Origin: Vicinamibacterales bacterium
Lineage (GTDB): Bacteria > Acidobacteriota > Vicinamibacteria > Vicinamibacterales > UBA2999
NCBI GenBank assembly: GCA_035492455.1
Contig: DATJJE010000078.1
Location: 3,556 to 67,555 of the forward strand
Length of the DNA stretch: 64,000 nucleotides
Direction: 5' to 3'
Translations under genes and position numbers: made by a program
Shown: positions 18,616 through 28,605 of the stretch, piece by piece
Layout of the letters: each line of letters opens with the position of its first letter
How positions within the stretch are numbered: the stretch's first letter is position 1
The notes under the pieces: model-generated
Databases searched by the model: none
What the model was told of the DNA's origin: nothing
The model's input: the letters and a program-made list of their open reading frames with translations, nothing else

Positions 18616-18752
18616 GAGGTGAACAGTAAAGAAACGCCGGAAACGGCAGAAAGACAGCCGCTTAGGTCTCCGGCCTTGCCGTTTGTCATTACGATTCTGT
18701 AAGCGTACCGCAGAAACTGTTAGCCGGAAAGGGCGCGCTTACGTTTCGGAGC

Positions 18753-20753
18753 TTAGATTTCGGACGGCTGTTCGGCGAGGTGTTCCTGAAGTGCCTCCCA
18801 CTGCGCAATCAGGTCACCAACTTCCCACATCAGCGCTTGATGCTTGTCGGTGACAGGCTTGGCCGCTTCGAGATTTTCGTAAAACCCCGGCGAGGCCATC
18901 GTCGCTTCGAGCTCTTTGACTTGCGCCTCGCGTTCGGCGATACGCGATTCGAGTTCCGCGATCCGCTGCTGGAGCGACTCGGCCGCTCGCTGGCGCTTGC
19001 GGCGCTCGGCCTCTTCACGCTTCCGCGTTTCGCGGACTCCGGACTGCGGGCTTCTGGCGTCGGTGACCTTCGCTTGGGACGTTTGACGTTGGTCCTTGGA
19101 GGCTTTTTGAAGCTTGGAACTTGGAGCTTGGATCTTGGCGCTTTCGCCGTGGTGCTCCTTGCTCCAGAGAAACTCGGTGTAGGTACCCGGATAGACGACC
19201 GCTTCGCCGTGGCCGACCTCGATGATCTTTGTCGCAAGCCGTTCCACAAAATAACGATCGTGCGATACGAAGATCAGCGTGCCACCGTAGTCCTCGAGCG
19301 CTTCGAGCAGCACGTCCTTCGAATCCAGATCGAGATGGTTCGTCGGCTCGTCGAGCAGCAGCGTGTTGGAAGGTCGCAACAGCATGCGCGCTACCGCCAG
19401 ACGCGTGCGTTCGCCGCCTGACAGCACCCCTGCCTTCTTGTAGACATCGTCACCGGTGAAAAGAAACCCGCCGAGGATGTTGCGGATGGCAGGAACCATG
19501 TCGTTCGGCGAACCTGATTCGAGCGTCTCGTATACCGAGAGCGTCGGATTGAGCCGCGTTGCCTCGTCCTGTGCGAAGTACTCGATGACGACCTCATGCC
19601 CGACGGTCCGTGTGCCACTATCGGGGGCTTCTTCCCCTGACAGCATCCGCATCAGGGTCGACTTGCCGGATCCGTTCGGACCGACAAGGGCAATGCGATC
19701 CCCGCGCTCGATATGCAGCGACAGGTTCTTGAATACCGCCAGCGGTCCGTACGCCTTGCGCACGTGTTTCAGCTCGAGCACCGTTCGTCCGCTCTTGCGG
19801 CATGTCGGAAATGTGAAGTGGATGCGTTTGCGTTCCGGTGGGACCTCGATCGGGACCACTTTCTCGAGCAGCTTGATGCGGCTCTGCACTTGCGCGGCTT
19901 TCGTCGCCTGATAACGGAAGCGGTCGATGAACATCTTCACGCGCGCAACTTCTTCGTCCTGGTCTTTTTTCGCCTGGCGAAGCCGCTCGAGCATTGCGTC
20001 GCGCTGCGCCACGTACTTGCTGTAGTTGCCGACGTAGTCCGTCAGCTTGCGGAGGTTGAGATCGGTGATGCGCGTGACGACGGCGTCGAGGAAGTAGCGG
20101 TCGTGGGAAACGAGGATTACCGCGTATGGATACGAGCCCAGGTATTCCTCGAGCCAGTTGCGCGCTTCGAGATCGAGATGGTTCGTCGGCTCGTCGAGCA
20201 GGAGCAGATTCGGACGTCCGAGCAGGAGCTTGGCGAGCGCGATGCGCATCTGCCACCCTCCGGAAAACGTCTCGCACGGCCGCGCTGCGTCATCGGTGTC
20301 GAAGCCGAGACCGCGCAGCACAGTGCCGATGCGCAGGTCCATGCTGTAGCCGTCGGCGAGCCGGAAACGGTCCTGCAGCTCGCTGTAGCGCACGAGCATG
20401 GCGTCGTGCTCGTCCTGCGGAACCGCGGCATCACCGAGCTTGTGCTCGATGTCGTGCATCTCGGCCTTCATATCGAGCAGCGGTTGAAACGCACTGCTCG
20501 CTTCCTCGAACACCGTTCGGCCCGCATGCGTGAGCCCATCCTGCGGGAGATAACCGATGCTGAGATCCGCCGGCTTGATCACGGCGCCGGAGTCTGGCTC
20601 GTCGAGACCGCCCAGCATTTTCAGGAGCGTCGTTTTGCCGGCGCCGTTCGGCCCACACAGGCCGACACGATCGCCGTCGGAGATCTGCCACGTGACGTGG
20701 TCGAGAAGTGTCCGGTCGCCGAACGATTTGGTGAGGTCGGAAAGCTGGATCAC
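18753..20753 (-). CDS. ABC-F family ATPase (two ABC domains plus C-terminal coiled coil, Uup/EttA-like)
   Basis: Two Walker A motifs (GPNGAGKTT, GPNGSGKST), two LSGG signatures, no transmembrane domain, and an ERRKRQRAAESLQQRIAELE coiled coil. Confidence 0.93.
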   Translation of the reverse strand: MIQLSDLTKSFGDRTLLDHVTWQISDGDRVGLCGPNGAGKTTLLKMLGGLDEPDSGAVIKPADLSIGYLPQDGLTHAGRTVFEEASSAFQPLLDMKAEMHDIEHKLGDAAVPQDEHDAMLVRYSELQDRFRLADGYSMDLRIGTVLRGLGFDTDDAARPCETFSGGWQMRIALAKLLLGRPNLLLLDEPTNHLDLEARNWLEEYLGSYPYAVILVSHDRYFLDAVVTRITDLNLRKLTDYVGNYSKYVAQRDAMLERLRQAKKDQDEEVARVKMFIDRFRYQATKAAQVQSRIKLLEKVVPIEVPPERKRIHFTFPTCRKSGRTVLELKHVRKAYGPLAVFKNLSLHIERGDRIALVGPNGSGKSTLMRMLSGEEAPDSGTRTVGHEVVIEYFAQDEATRLNPTLSVYETLESGSPNDMVPAIRNILGGFLFTGDDVYKKAGVLSGGERTRLAVARMLLRPSNTLLLDEPTNHLDLDSKDVLLEALEDYGGTLIFVSHDRYFVERLATKIIEVGHGEAVVYPGTYTEFLWSKEHHGESAKIQAPSSKLQKASKDQRQTSQAKVTDARSPQSGVRETRKREEAERRKRQRAAESLQQRIAELESRIAEREAQVKELEATMASPGFYENLEAAKPVTDKHQALMWEVGDLIAQWEALQEHLAEQPSEI
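19071..19140. repeat. ~10 in-phase heptamer units inside the ABC-F gene (GACGTTN x2 ... CTTGGNN x4)
   Basis: CGCTTGG GACGTTT GACGTTG GTCCTTG GAGGCTT TTTGAAG CTTGGAA CTTGGAG CTTGGAT CTTGGCG. Confidence 0.8.
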
Positions 20754-21355
20754 GCCGCCGGGGCGCCGAGCGCCTTCGACGCGGCAGCAAGCACCTGAGG
20801 AACCCGGAACGGTTTGGTGAGGTACCCGGCGACGCCGAGATTCACCGCTTCGATCGCACTCGATTCGGTGGAGAAGCCAGTAATGATGATGACAGGCAGA
20901 TCCGACTTGATGCGTTTCGCCTGGCGGATGAGCGTCAGGCCGTCCATGCCCGGCATCTTCAGATCCGCGATGAGCAGGTCGTAATTGAACGCGCGCATCC
21001 GATCGAGCGCAGTCGTGCCATCGGGCGCGGTGTCGACGTCGTACTCCGCCAGTGCGAGTGTCTTGGACAGCAGATCCCGAATGCTCGCTTCATCGTCTAC
21101 AACGAGCACGCGCTGGCGGGAACTGCGCACGGGCGCCGCCGGCGCAGGCGGCGTTGCGCGATCGCCGCGCGGACGTTGACTATCGAGCCACGCATCGATG
21201 TCGCGTTTCCGGAAACGCCATTGCCTGCCAACCCTGACCGCCGGAATCTTCCCGGCCTTGATTAGGCGGTAGACCGTCCGGAGGTTCACCTGCAGGTACT
21301 CCAGCACTTCCTCGGTTGTCAGAAACACTTCGTCCGTCGGGAAGTTGAGCGCCAA
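20750..21355 (-). CDS. response regulator with N-terminal excisionase/MerR-type HTH and C-terminal receiver (start uncertain: TTG 21355 or GTG 21328)
   Basis: HTH LTTEEVLEYLQVNLRTVYRLIKAGKIPAVRVGRQWRF. REC VLVVDDEASIRD...LLIADLKMPGMDG...TKPF. Its stop overlaps the GTG start of the ABC-F gene. Confidence 0.8.
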   Translation of the reverse strand: MALNFPTDEVFLTTEEVLEYLQVNLRTVYRLIKAGKIPAVRVGRQWRFRKRDIDAWLDSQRPRGDRATPPAPAAPVRSSRQRVLVVDDEASIRDLLSKTLALAEYDVDTAPDGTTALDRMRAFNYDLLIADLKMPGMDGLTLIRQAKRIKSDLPVIIITGFSTESSAIEAVNLGVAGYLTKPFRVPQVLAAASKALGAPAA

Positions 21356-21512
21356 AGCGCTGCTATTTTACACCCTGTCAGGTAAACGCCTTCACAACAG
21401 CGGGTTAAGCCTCGCGAATGCCGCGACCGGGTCGTATCATGAACGATACGGCCGTCCGCCCCCAGCCACCGTCTTATCTGCTGACCGGACCGGAGGGCCC
21501 CCGGCTCCAGAC

Positions 21513-22103
21513 ATGACGTTTACCGACGACGAGCTCGTCGCCCGCTCTGTGGGCGGAGACGCCGAGAGCTTCAATCAGCTCATCCTCCGATGGGAGCGGC
21601 CGATCTACGCCCTGGCGTACCGCGTAATCGGGCGGGAGGAGGATGCACGTGACGTCTGTCAGGAGACCTTCCTCCGCGCCTTCCGCGCCTTGCCTGGCTT
21701 CAAGGGTCAGGCGAAGTTCTCGTCGTGGCTCTATCGCATCGCGCTGAACCTGTGCCGCGACTGGATTCGCCGGCAGCGCCGCGCACCGGTCATGCAGATG
21801 CCGGAAGGCGTCGAGGCAGGCGAGCTGATTGCCGAAGCGGGACCGATCGAGTCGATCGAGGATCTCGTCAGCCGCCGCCAGCTGAGTGAAGTCGTCGCGG
21901 AAGCGATGAAGCTGCTGCCCGAGGAGCAGCGCACGGCGATCATCCTGAAGGAGTACCACGGCATGACCTTCCAGGAGATTGCGGATATGCAGGGATGCCC
22001 CTTGAGCACCGTGAAGACCCGTCTCTATCAGGGACTCACCGTGCTGCGCCGCCACCTGGAGAAGAATGGCCAACTGACACCGCAACTGGTGAATCGATCA
22101 TGA
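21513..22103 (+). CDS. ECF (sigma-70 family group IV) RNA polymerase sigma factor
   Basis: Region 2 (FNQLILRWERPIYALAYR...DVCQETFLRAF) and region 4 (ILKEYHGMTFQEIADMQGCPLSTVKTRL). Confidence 0.88.
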   Translation: MTFTDDELVARSVGGDAESFNQLILRWERPIYALAYRVIGREEDARDVCQETFLRAFRALPGFKGQAKFSSWLYRIALNLCRDWIRRQRRAPVMQMPEGVEAGELIAEAGPIESIEDLVSRRQLSEVVAEAMKLLPEEQRTAIILKEYHGMTFQEIADMQGCPLSTVKTRLYQGLTVLRRHLEKNGQLTPQLVNRS

Positions 22104-22822
22104 ACGAAACCTTTATCTGCGGAGATTACGAAGCGCTGGTGTCGTATCTCTACGACGAGTGCGCGCCCAACGAGCGCCGCGCCATCAGCGGTCATGTGGC
22201 GATCTGCAGCGACTGTGCCGAGGAGCTCGTCGCCCTCGGCGCGACGCGAGAGCAGCTCGCGATGTGGACGCCACCCGACGCGCAGCTCGGCTTCCGCATC
22301 GTCTCGGATGCACCTCGCTCGAATGTCTTGCGTCCGCTGCGATGGTGGCGTCAGCCGATGCCGGCGTGGGCGCAGGCCGCGGCGGCGGCGGTCATCTTTA
22401 CCACTGGGGTGACCCTAGGTGTGATGCGCGGCGCTGATCGCGGACCCGCAAGGCCTGCGCTGCTGCAGACGAATGCGAGCAACAGCAGCGTCACCAAATC
22501 TGATCTCGTTGCGCTGGAACAGCGGCTGCGCTCGGAGATGTCGCAGCCACATCTCGCGCCGACATCGGTCGCCGCGACGCCTGCCGATGCGCGGATCTTT
22601 CAGCAAGTCCGGACGATGATCGACGAGAGCGAGCAGCGGCAGCGCCGCGAGCTCGCGTTGCGCACGACCGAAATGGTGCGCGACTTCGACGCGCAGCGGA
22701 ACGATGATTTGATGCGCATCGAACGCACGCTCGGTCAAATGGACGGCACCACCGGCGTTGAAGTGGCGCAGCAGCGCCAGATGCTCAATTACCTGATGCG
22801 GGTCTCGCAGCGAGGGCAGTAA
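22100..22822 (+). CDS. anti-sigma factor (zf-HC2 type, single transmembrane segment)
   Basis: ATGA overlap with the sigma gene. HVAICSDCAEEL matches the H-x3-C-x2-C motif. Has a central hydrophobic segment. Confidence 0.75.
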   Translation: MNETFICGDYEALVSYLYDECAPNERRAISGHVAICSDCAEELVALGATREQLAMWTPPDAQLGFRIVSDAPRSNVLRPLRWWRQPMPAWAQAAAAAVIFTTGVTLGVMRGADRGPARPALLQTNASNSSVTKSDLVALEQRLRSEMSQPHLAPTSVAATPADARIFQQVRTMIDESEQRQRRELALRTTEMVRDFDAQRNDDLMRIERTLGQMDGTTGVEVAQQRQMLNYLMRVSQRGQ

Positions 22823-23682
22823 TGAAGACGGTGAATGGAACGCGTGTCGCTTTCTTTATGACCATCGGTGTGGTGCTCGCCTCCGGCGCGCACGCGCAAG
22901 TGTCGCGCGAGGAAGCCGATCAGGTCCGCGCGCGGCAGAAGATCTCGATGATGGAGAGCGTGCTCGAAAGCGCGGTCGCCAACGGCGCCGACAGCCTGAT
23001 GCGCGCGGTGCGTGCCGTGATGCCTCCCGATGCGCTGGTGCTCACCGGCGCCCCCTCCGCTCGCGGCTTCCGCCTCGAAGGCTACGGCGTCTTTTTCGAT
23101 GTCGAGGTGCCCGCCTTCCGTCGAACGATGGCATGGACGCTGCGGCAGATGGTCGATGAGAACGGGCTCGGCGCCGCTGCAGCCGTGAATCAGTTGAAGG
23201 CCTACATCGCAACCGTACAGGATCCTCGTCAACGCACCACTCTCGATCGCGCATTGCGCCGGCTCGAGCTGCAAGTCGGTCCTGTCGCGCCTATCGTGCC
23301 GTCGCCGCAGGAGGCGAGCGCGCGAACGGTCGGTTCAACAGTTGCCGCTCAGTCCGTCACCCAGCCGCCCCCGGCCCCTGCTCCCGCAGTGCAGGTCGAT
23401 CCCGCAGTGGTCGAGGATCCGAACGGTGCCTATACCCGGGAGGTCAGCTCCGCCATCGTCGACGCGATGATCGAGAACAGCGGTCCGCTTCCAGTCGGCG
23501 AGAACGAGTGGCTGACCGTGGCGGCGCGCGACAACATCCGGCCCGATCGGCTGGTGCCCGGCGATACCTCGAACATCAGCAGCATTGTTTTCCGCGTCAA
23601 GGGGTCGGACCTCGCGGCGTTCCGCACCGGTCGGATGACGCTCGAAGAGGTACGGACGCACGTCGAGGTGAAACAATTCTGA
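22822..23682 (+). CDS. hypothetical secreted protein
   Basis: Signal peptide FFMTIGVVLASGAHAQ. Start overlaps the anti-sigma stop. No family recognised. Confidence 0.55.
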   Translation: MKTVNGTRVAFFMTIGVVLASGAHAQVSREEADQVRARQKISMMESVLESAVANGADSLMRAVRAVMPPDALVLTGAPSARGFRLEGYGVFFDVEVPAFRRTMAWTLRQMVDENGLGAAAAVNQLKAYIATVQDPRQRTTLDRALRRLELQVGPVAPIVPSPQEASARTVGSTVAAQSVTQPPPAPAPAVQVDPAVVEDPNGAYTREVSSAIVDAMIENSGPLPVGENEWLTVAARDNIRPDRLVPGDTSNISSIVFRVKGSDLAAFRTGRMTLEEVRTHVEVKQF

Positions 23683-23727
23683 CCCGCCGTCGCAAGGGCT
23701 TCGGTGAGGCTGGCGTTAGAATGAGGT

Positions 23728-24207
23728 ATGAGGCGTCTGCTTTTCGTCGCAGTCGCCGCACTGCTCGTCAGCAGCTGCGGCCGTAACTTCGACGTCGAGA
23801 AAGTCGTCAAGATCACCGACGTCCACACCGGCTGGTACGACGCCGGCATCCAGGAAGGCAAGAACAAGCTCGTTCCGAGCATCTCGTTCAAGTTGGAGAA
23901 CCTTTCCGACGACGCGGTGGACAGCGTGCAGGTCAACGCGATCTTCCGCCGCGTCGGCGAGCCGGAAGCGTGGGGCGAGCATTTCGCCACCGCCATCGAT
24001 CGCGACGGGCTGGCCGCTCATCAGACGACGCCGGGTTATGTCGTGCTGCGGTCGAATCTTGGCTACACCGGCACCGAATCCCGTCTGCAGATGCTGCAGA
24101 ACACGCAGTTCGTCGACGCCAAAGTCGAAGTATTCGGCAAGCACGGCGCGCGCACCTGGCAGAAGCTTGGTGAGTTTCAGATCGATCGTCAACTGCTGAC
24201 GCAGTAG
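23728..24207 (+). CDS. hypothetical lipoprotein
   Basis: MRRLLFVAVAALLVSSCG lipobox. Confidence 0.6.
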   Translation: MRRLLFVAVAALLVSSCGRNFDVEKVVKITDVHTGWYDAGIQEGKNKLVPSISFKLENLSDDAVDSVQVNAIFRRVGEPEAWGEHFATAIDRDGLAAHQTTPGYVVLRSNLGYTGTESRLQMLQNTQFVDAKVEVFGKHGARTWQKLGEFQIDRQLLTQ

Positions 24208-24209
24208 CT

Positions 24210-24284
24210 CTTGCCCGAAGCGAGCTTGCCCCCAGCGAGCAAAGCACACGAAGGCTTGCCCCGAGCGGGCGAAGCAACTCGAGG
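24210..24284. repeat. five 15-nt tandem units (CTTGCCCNNAGCGAG-like) at the permease 5' end
   Basis: cttgcccgaagcgag cttgcccccagcgag caaagcacacgaagg cttgccccgagcggg cgaagcaactcgagg. Confidence 0.8.
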
Positions 24285-25653
24285 GGCGCTCGAGCGGCGT
24301 CTCGGTCCGCTCGATGCCGCGGCCCTCATCGTCTCCAACGTCATTGGAGGCGGCATCCTCTTTACCCCGCCGCAGGTCGCAATGCTTGTTCCCGACGCGG
24401 CGCTTTTCTTATCAACATGGATCGCCGGCGGCGCGCTCGCCTTCGCGGGCGCGATGGCCTACGCAGAGCTGGCGACGCTGCGTCCCCGCGCCGGTGGCGA
24501 GTACGTCTACCTGCGCGATGCGTTCGGCAATGGTGCCGCATTTCTCACCGGCTGGACGTCGTTTGTCGCCGGCTTCTCCGGTGCGATCGCGACGAGCGCG
24601 GTGGTGATGGTGTTCTATACCAGCCGCTTCGTTCCAGCCTTGAGCACCGCGGCGCCATGGCTTGTTGTGCCGATCGTGCCGGGCCGCCTGCTGGTGACGC
24701 TATCGCCGCAGACGATGACCGCGATCGGCGTCATCATGGCAATGGCGTGGCTGCATCGGCGCGGCATCGGGCCCGGACGCATCGTCGGCAACCTGCTTGC
24801 GTCGCTGAAAGTTGCCGCATTCGTTCTGTTCATCGCCATCGGTTTTTCGTGGGGGAGCGGGACCGTCGCGCATTTGTCGGAACGCGCACCTGTTGCCGCC
24901 GCCGGATGGCTCCTCGCGCTGATTCCGGTGATGTTCACATATTCAGGATGGAATGCGGCATCCTACGTGGCCGAGGAGATCCGTGAACCTGGCCGGAATG
25001 TTCCGCGCGCGCTCGCGCTCGGGACAGGTGCGGTCATCGCCATTTATCTGCTGATGAACGTTCTCTACCTCTATGTGATTCCGGTGGGCGAGCTGGCACG
25101 GATCGATCGCAGCGTGCTCGATGTGATCGCCGACCGGCTCCTCGGAAGCAGCGCCGGCGACATCATGGGCGTGGTGTCGATCATCAGCCTCGCGGCGAGC
25201 ATCAGCGCGATGACGCTCGCCGGACCACGCATCTACTACGCGATGGCACGCGACGGGCTGTTCTTCTCGCGCGTAGGATTCGTTCACCCCCGCTATCACA
25301 CGCCGTCGACGGCGATTGTCGCGCAGGCGGTGTGGAGCTCTCTACTGGTGCTCACCGCAACCGCCGACGCGCTCGTCAACTACACGGGATTCGCGATCGT
25401 GCTGTTCTCAGGGACGGCCGTTGTCGCGCTGTTCGTCCTGCGCATGCGCGAACCTGATGCGCCGAGGCCGTTTCGTGCGTGGGGGTATCCGCTCGCACCC
25501 GCGATCTATGCCATCGCCAGCGCTGCGATGATCGTCAACGGACTGGTCCGCACGCCGGGCCCGACGGGCGCCGGCGCATTGATCATTGCCGCGGGATTAC
25601 CGGTCTATTTTCTGTTTAGGGCCGGTACGGCTGGAGCGCGCCGCGGTACGTAA
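24211..25653 (+). CDS. APC-superfamily amino acid permease (start uncertain; first ~75 nt are a 15-nt tandem repeat)
   Basis: About 12 hydrophobic segments. SNVIGGGILFTPP N-terminal signature and WNAASYVAEE motif. Confidence 0.85.
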   Translation: MPEASLPPASKAHEGLPRAGEATRGALERRLGPLDAAALIVSNVIGGGILFTPPQVAMLVPDAALFLSTWIAGGALAFAGAMAYAELATLRPRAGGEYVYLRDAFGNGAAFLTGWTSFVAGFSGAIATSAVVMVFYTSRFVPALSTAAPWLVVPIVPGRLLVTLSPQTMTAIGVIMAMAWLHRRGIGPGRIVGNLLASLKVAAFVLFIAIGFSWGSGTVAHLSERAPVAAAGWLLALIPVMFTYSGWNAASYVAEEIREPGRNVPRALALGTGAVIAIYLLMNVLYLYVIPVGELARIDRSVLDVIADRLLGSSAGDIMGVVSIISLAASISAMTLAGPRIYYAMARDGLFFSRVGFVHPRYHTPSTAIVAQAVWSSLLVLTATADALVNYTGFAIVLFSGTAVVALFVLRMREPDAPRPFRAWGYPLAPAIYAIASAAMIVNGLVRTPGPTGAGALIIAAGLPVYFLFRAGTAGARRGT

Positions 25654-26425
25654 TCTTTCGATCGGCTTCGATCCGCACGTCGAAGTCGAGCGGGAGATAT
25701 CCCGGTGCCGTGATCTGAATGTGGTGCGCACCCTCTTCCAGCCTCAACGCCTGGAATACGCCATCGAAATCGTCCACACGTCCCGCGAAGTATCCGTCGA
25801 CGTACACCTCGGCATTCCGCGGCGCTACTGAGAGCCGTAGCTCGCCTTCGAAGAAGCTGTTGGGGAAGTAGCCGCCGCCACCATAGCCGTAGCCAGAGTA
25901 GTAACTGGGCGGATACCAGGTGTACGGGTCGTAGTAGAAGTAACCGAGACCGAACGCGCCGTAGCCGTACGGATAGTAGCGGCGAGGGTTGTAGTAGTAG
26001 TTGTAGACCCGAGGTGCGACGTAGACGCCGCCGCTGCGATAACGCCCGTCATTGCGGCCGTCGCGCGTCGACGGTGGCGGTGCTGGCGCGGGACGGCTGC
26101 CGCGCGGTACAGCACGACCGACGGCTGGATTGTCGCCGCGGTCGCGTCCGCCGTCGCGACGCCGCTGATCCTCAGCGGCAGGAGCGGCGGCGGCTGCTGC
26201 TGCCGGCGCTGCCGCCACCGGCGCAGGTGCGGGCGTCGGACGCGGCGCGGGTACTGGTCGTTCGACCGCGCGGCCAACGGCAGGACCCACTGCTTCGCGG
26301 CCGCCATCCTGCGTTCGGACCGTCGCGCGCTGTTTGTCACCGTCACTCTCATCCTGCGCGTAGACCGCGTGAATGGGCGCAATCGCGATGAGCGATACGA
26401 CCATGAGGAGGGACCTGGAAGTCAT
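25616..26425 (-). CDS. PEGA-domain protein with Pro/Ala-rich and Tyr/Gly-rich regions
   Basis: Signal peptide. C-terminal LRLSVAPRNAEVYVDGYFAGR...HHIQITAPGYLPLDFDV is a PEGA-like beta domain. Confidence 0.72.
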   Translation of the reverse strand: MTSRSLLMVVSLIAIAPIHAVYAQDESDGDKQRATVRTQDGGREAVGPAVGRAVERPVPAPRPTPAPAPVAAAPAAAAAAAPAAEDQRRRDGGRDRGDNPAVGRAVPRGSRPAPAPPPSTRDGRNDGRYRSGGVYVAPRVYNYYYNPRRYYPYGYGAFGLGYFYYDPYTWYPPSYYSGYGYGGGGYFPNSFFEGELRLSVAPRNAEVYVDGYFAGRVDDFDGVFQALRLEEGAHHIQITAPGYLPLDFDVRIEADRKITYRGALQPYRP

Positions 26426-26441
26426 AGCAATCTACAGCTGA

Positions 26442-26456
26442 GCAACGATGCTGCCA
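26442..26456 (-). promoter_or_regulatory. candidate sigma-54 promoter TGGCAG-N5-TTGC
   Basis: Minus strand reads TGGCAGCATCGTTGC, only 16 nt before the ATG of the PEGA gene, implying a near-leaderless transcript or a wrong start call. Confidence 0.33.
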
Positions 26457-26578
26457 GCCGGCACTGGCCTGAATTGGCTGAAATCGCGCGGTTTTCCAGA
26501 GCATACTGCGCGGCTGTCCACGCGCGGCGTCGTCGGGATGCGCCGGTCGTGCCCGTTTTTTGAGGCATACTGGCCGGA

Positions 26579-27106
26579 GTGATCCACGCGACGACAATTC
26601 TGGCCGTCCGCCACCACGACCACACTGTGATGGCCGGTGACGGCCAGGTTACCTTGGGCAACACCGTCCTCAAGCAGAGCGCCAAAAAAATCCGCAGGCT
26701 CTACAACGACTCGATTCTCGCCGGCTTTGCGGGCTCCGCCGCCGATTCCTTCGCCCTGTTCTCGCGGTTCGAAGCGAAGCTCGAACAATATCGCGGCAAC
26801 CTTGAACGGTCGTCCGTGGAGCTCGCGCGCGACTGGCGGACCGATCGGCTGCTCCGCCGCCTCGAGGCGATGCTCATCGTCGCCGACAAGCGCTCGACGT
26901 TCGTCTTATCAGGTACGGGGGACCTCATCGAGCCGGATGACGGCATTGTTGCGGTCGGGTCGGGCGGGCCGTTTGCCCTTGCGGCGGCGCGCGCGTTGGC
27001 TCGCCACAGCCAACTCGATGCGCGGCAGATTGCGACCGAAGCGATGAACATCGCCGCCGACATCTGCATTTATACGAACCCGAAGCTCACAATCGAAGAG
27101 TTATGA
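26579..27106 (+). CDS. hslV: ATP-dependent protease subunit HslV
   Basis: [21 protein letters not shown] gives an N-terminal Thr protease. GTG start. Confidence 0.95.
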   Translation: MIHATTILAVRHHDHTVMAGDGQVTLGNTVLKQSAKKIRRLYNDSILAGFAGSAADSFALFSRFEAKLEQYRGNLERSSVELARDWRTDRLLRRLEAMLIVADKRSTFVLSGTGDLIEPDDGIVAVGSGGPFALAAARALARHSQLDARQIATEAMNIAADICIYTNPKLTIEEL

Positions 27107-27121
27107 CAAGTTTCTGCGCGT

Positions 27122-27137
27122 CTTCGTGTCTCCGTGG
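27122..27137. repeat. copy of the CCAC(A/G)GAG(G)ACACGAAG spacer motif (reverse orientation) in the hslV-hslU spacer
   Basis: CTTCGTGTCTCCGTGG; compare 30513-30530 CTTCGTGGCCTCTGTGGC. Confidence 0.7.
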
Positions 27138-27159
27138 TTTGTGTCTGTAAGAAACGAGA

Positions 27160-28554
<1,395 letters not shown>

Positions 28555-28590
28555 ACCGCGCCGCGTTAGGGCTGCCCGCCAGGCGGCCCA

Positions 28591-28605
28591 TGGCCTGCGG
28601 CTTGC
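28591..28605 (+). promoter_or_regulatory. candidate sigma-54 promoter TGGCCT-N5-TTGC
   Basis: Lies 37 nt after the hslU stop and ~190 nt before the GAF-type activator ATG, followed by an AT-rich leader. Confidence 0.45.

Noticed and set aside
26525-26562. A run of seven T (26555-26561) upstream of hslV that looked like an intrinsic terminator tail or the end of a small RNA.
   Set aside because: The only nearby stem (CGGCG...CGCCG) is 5 bp and separated from the T-run by about 10 nt, so it does not form a canonical terminator. No upstream plus-strand gene exists to terminate.
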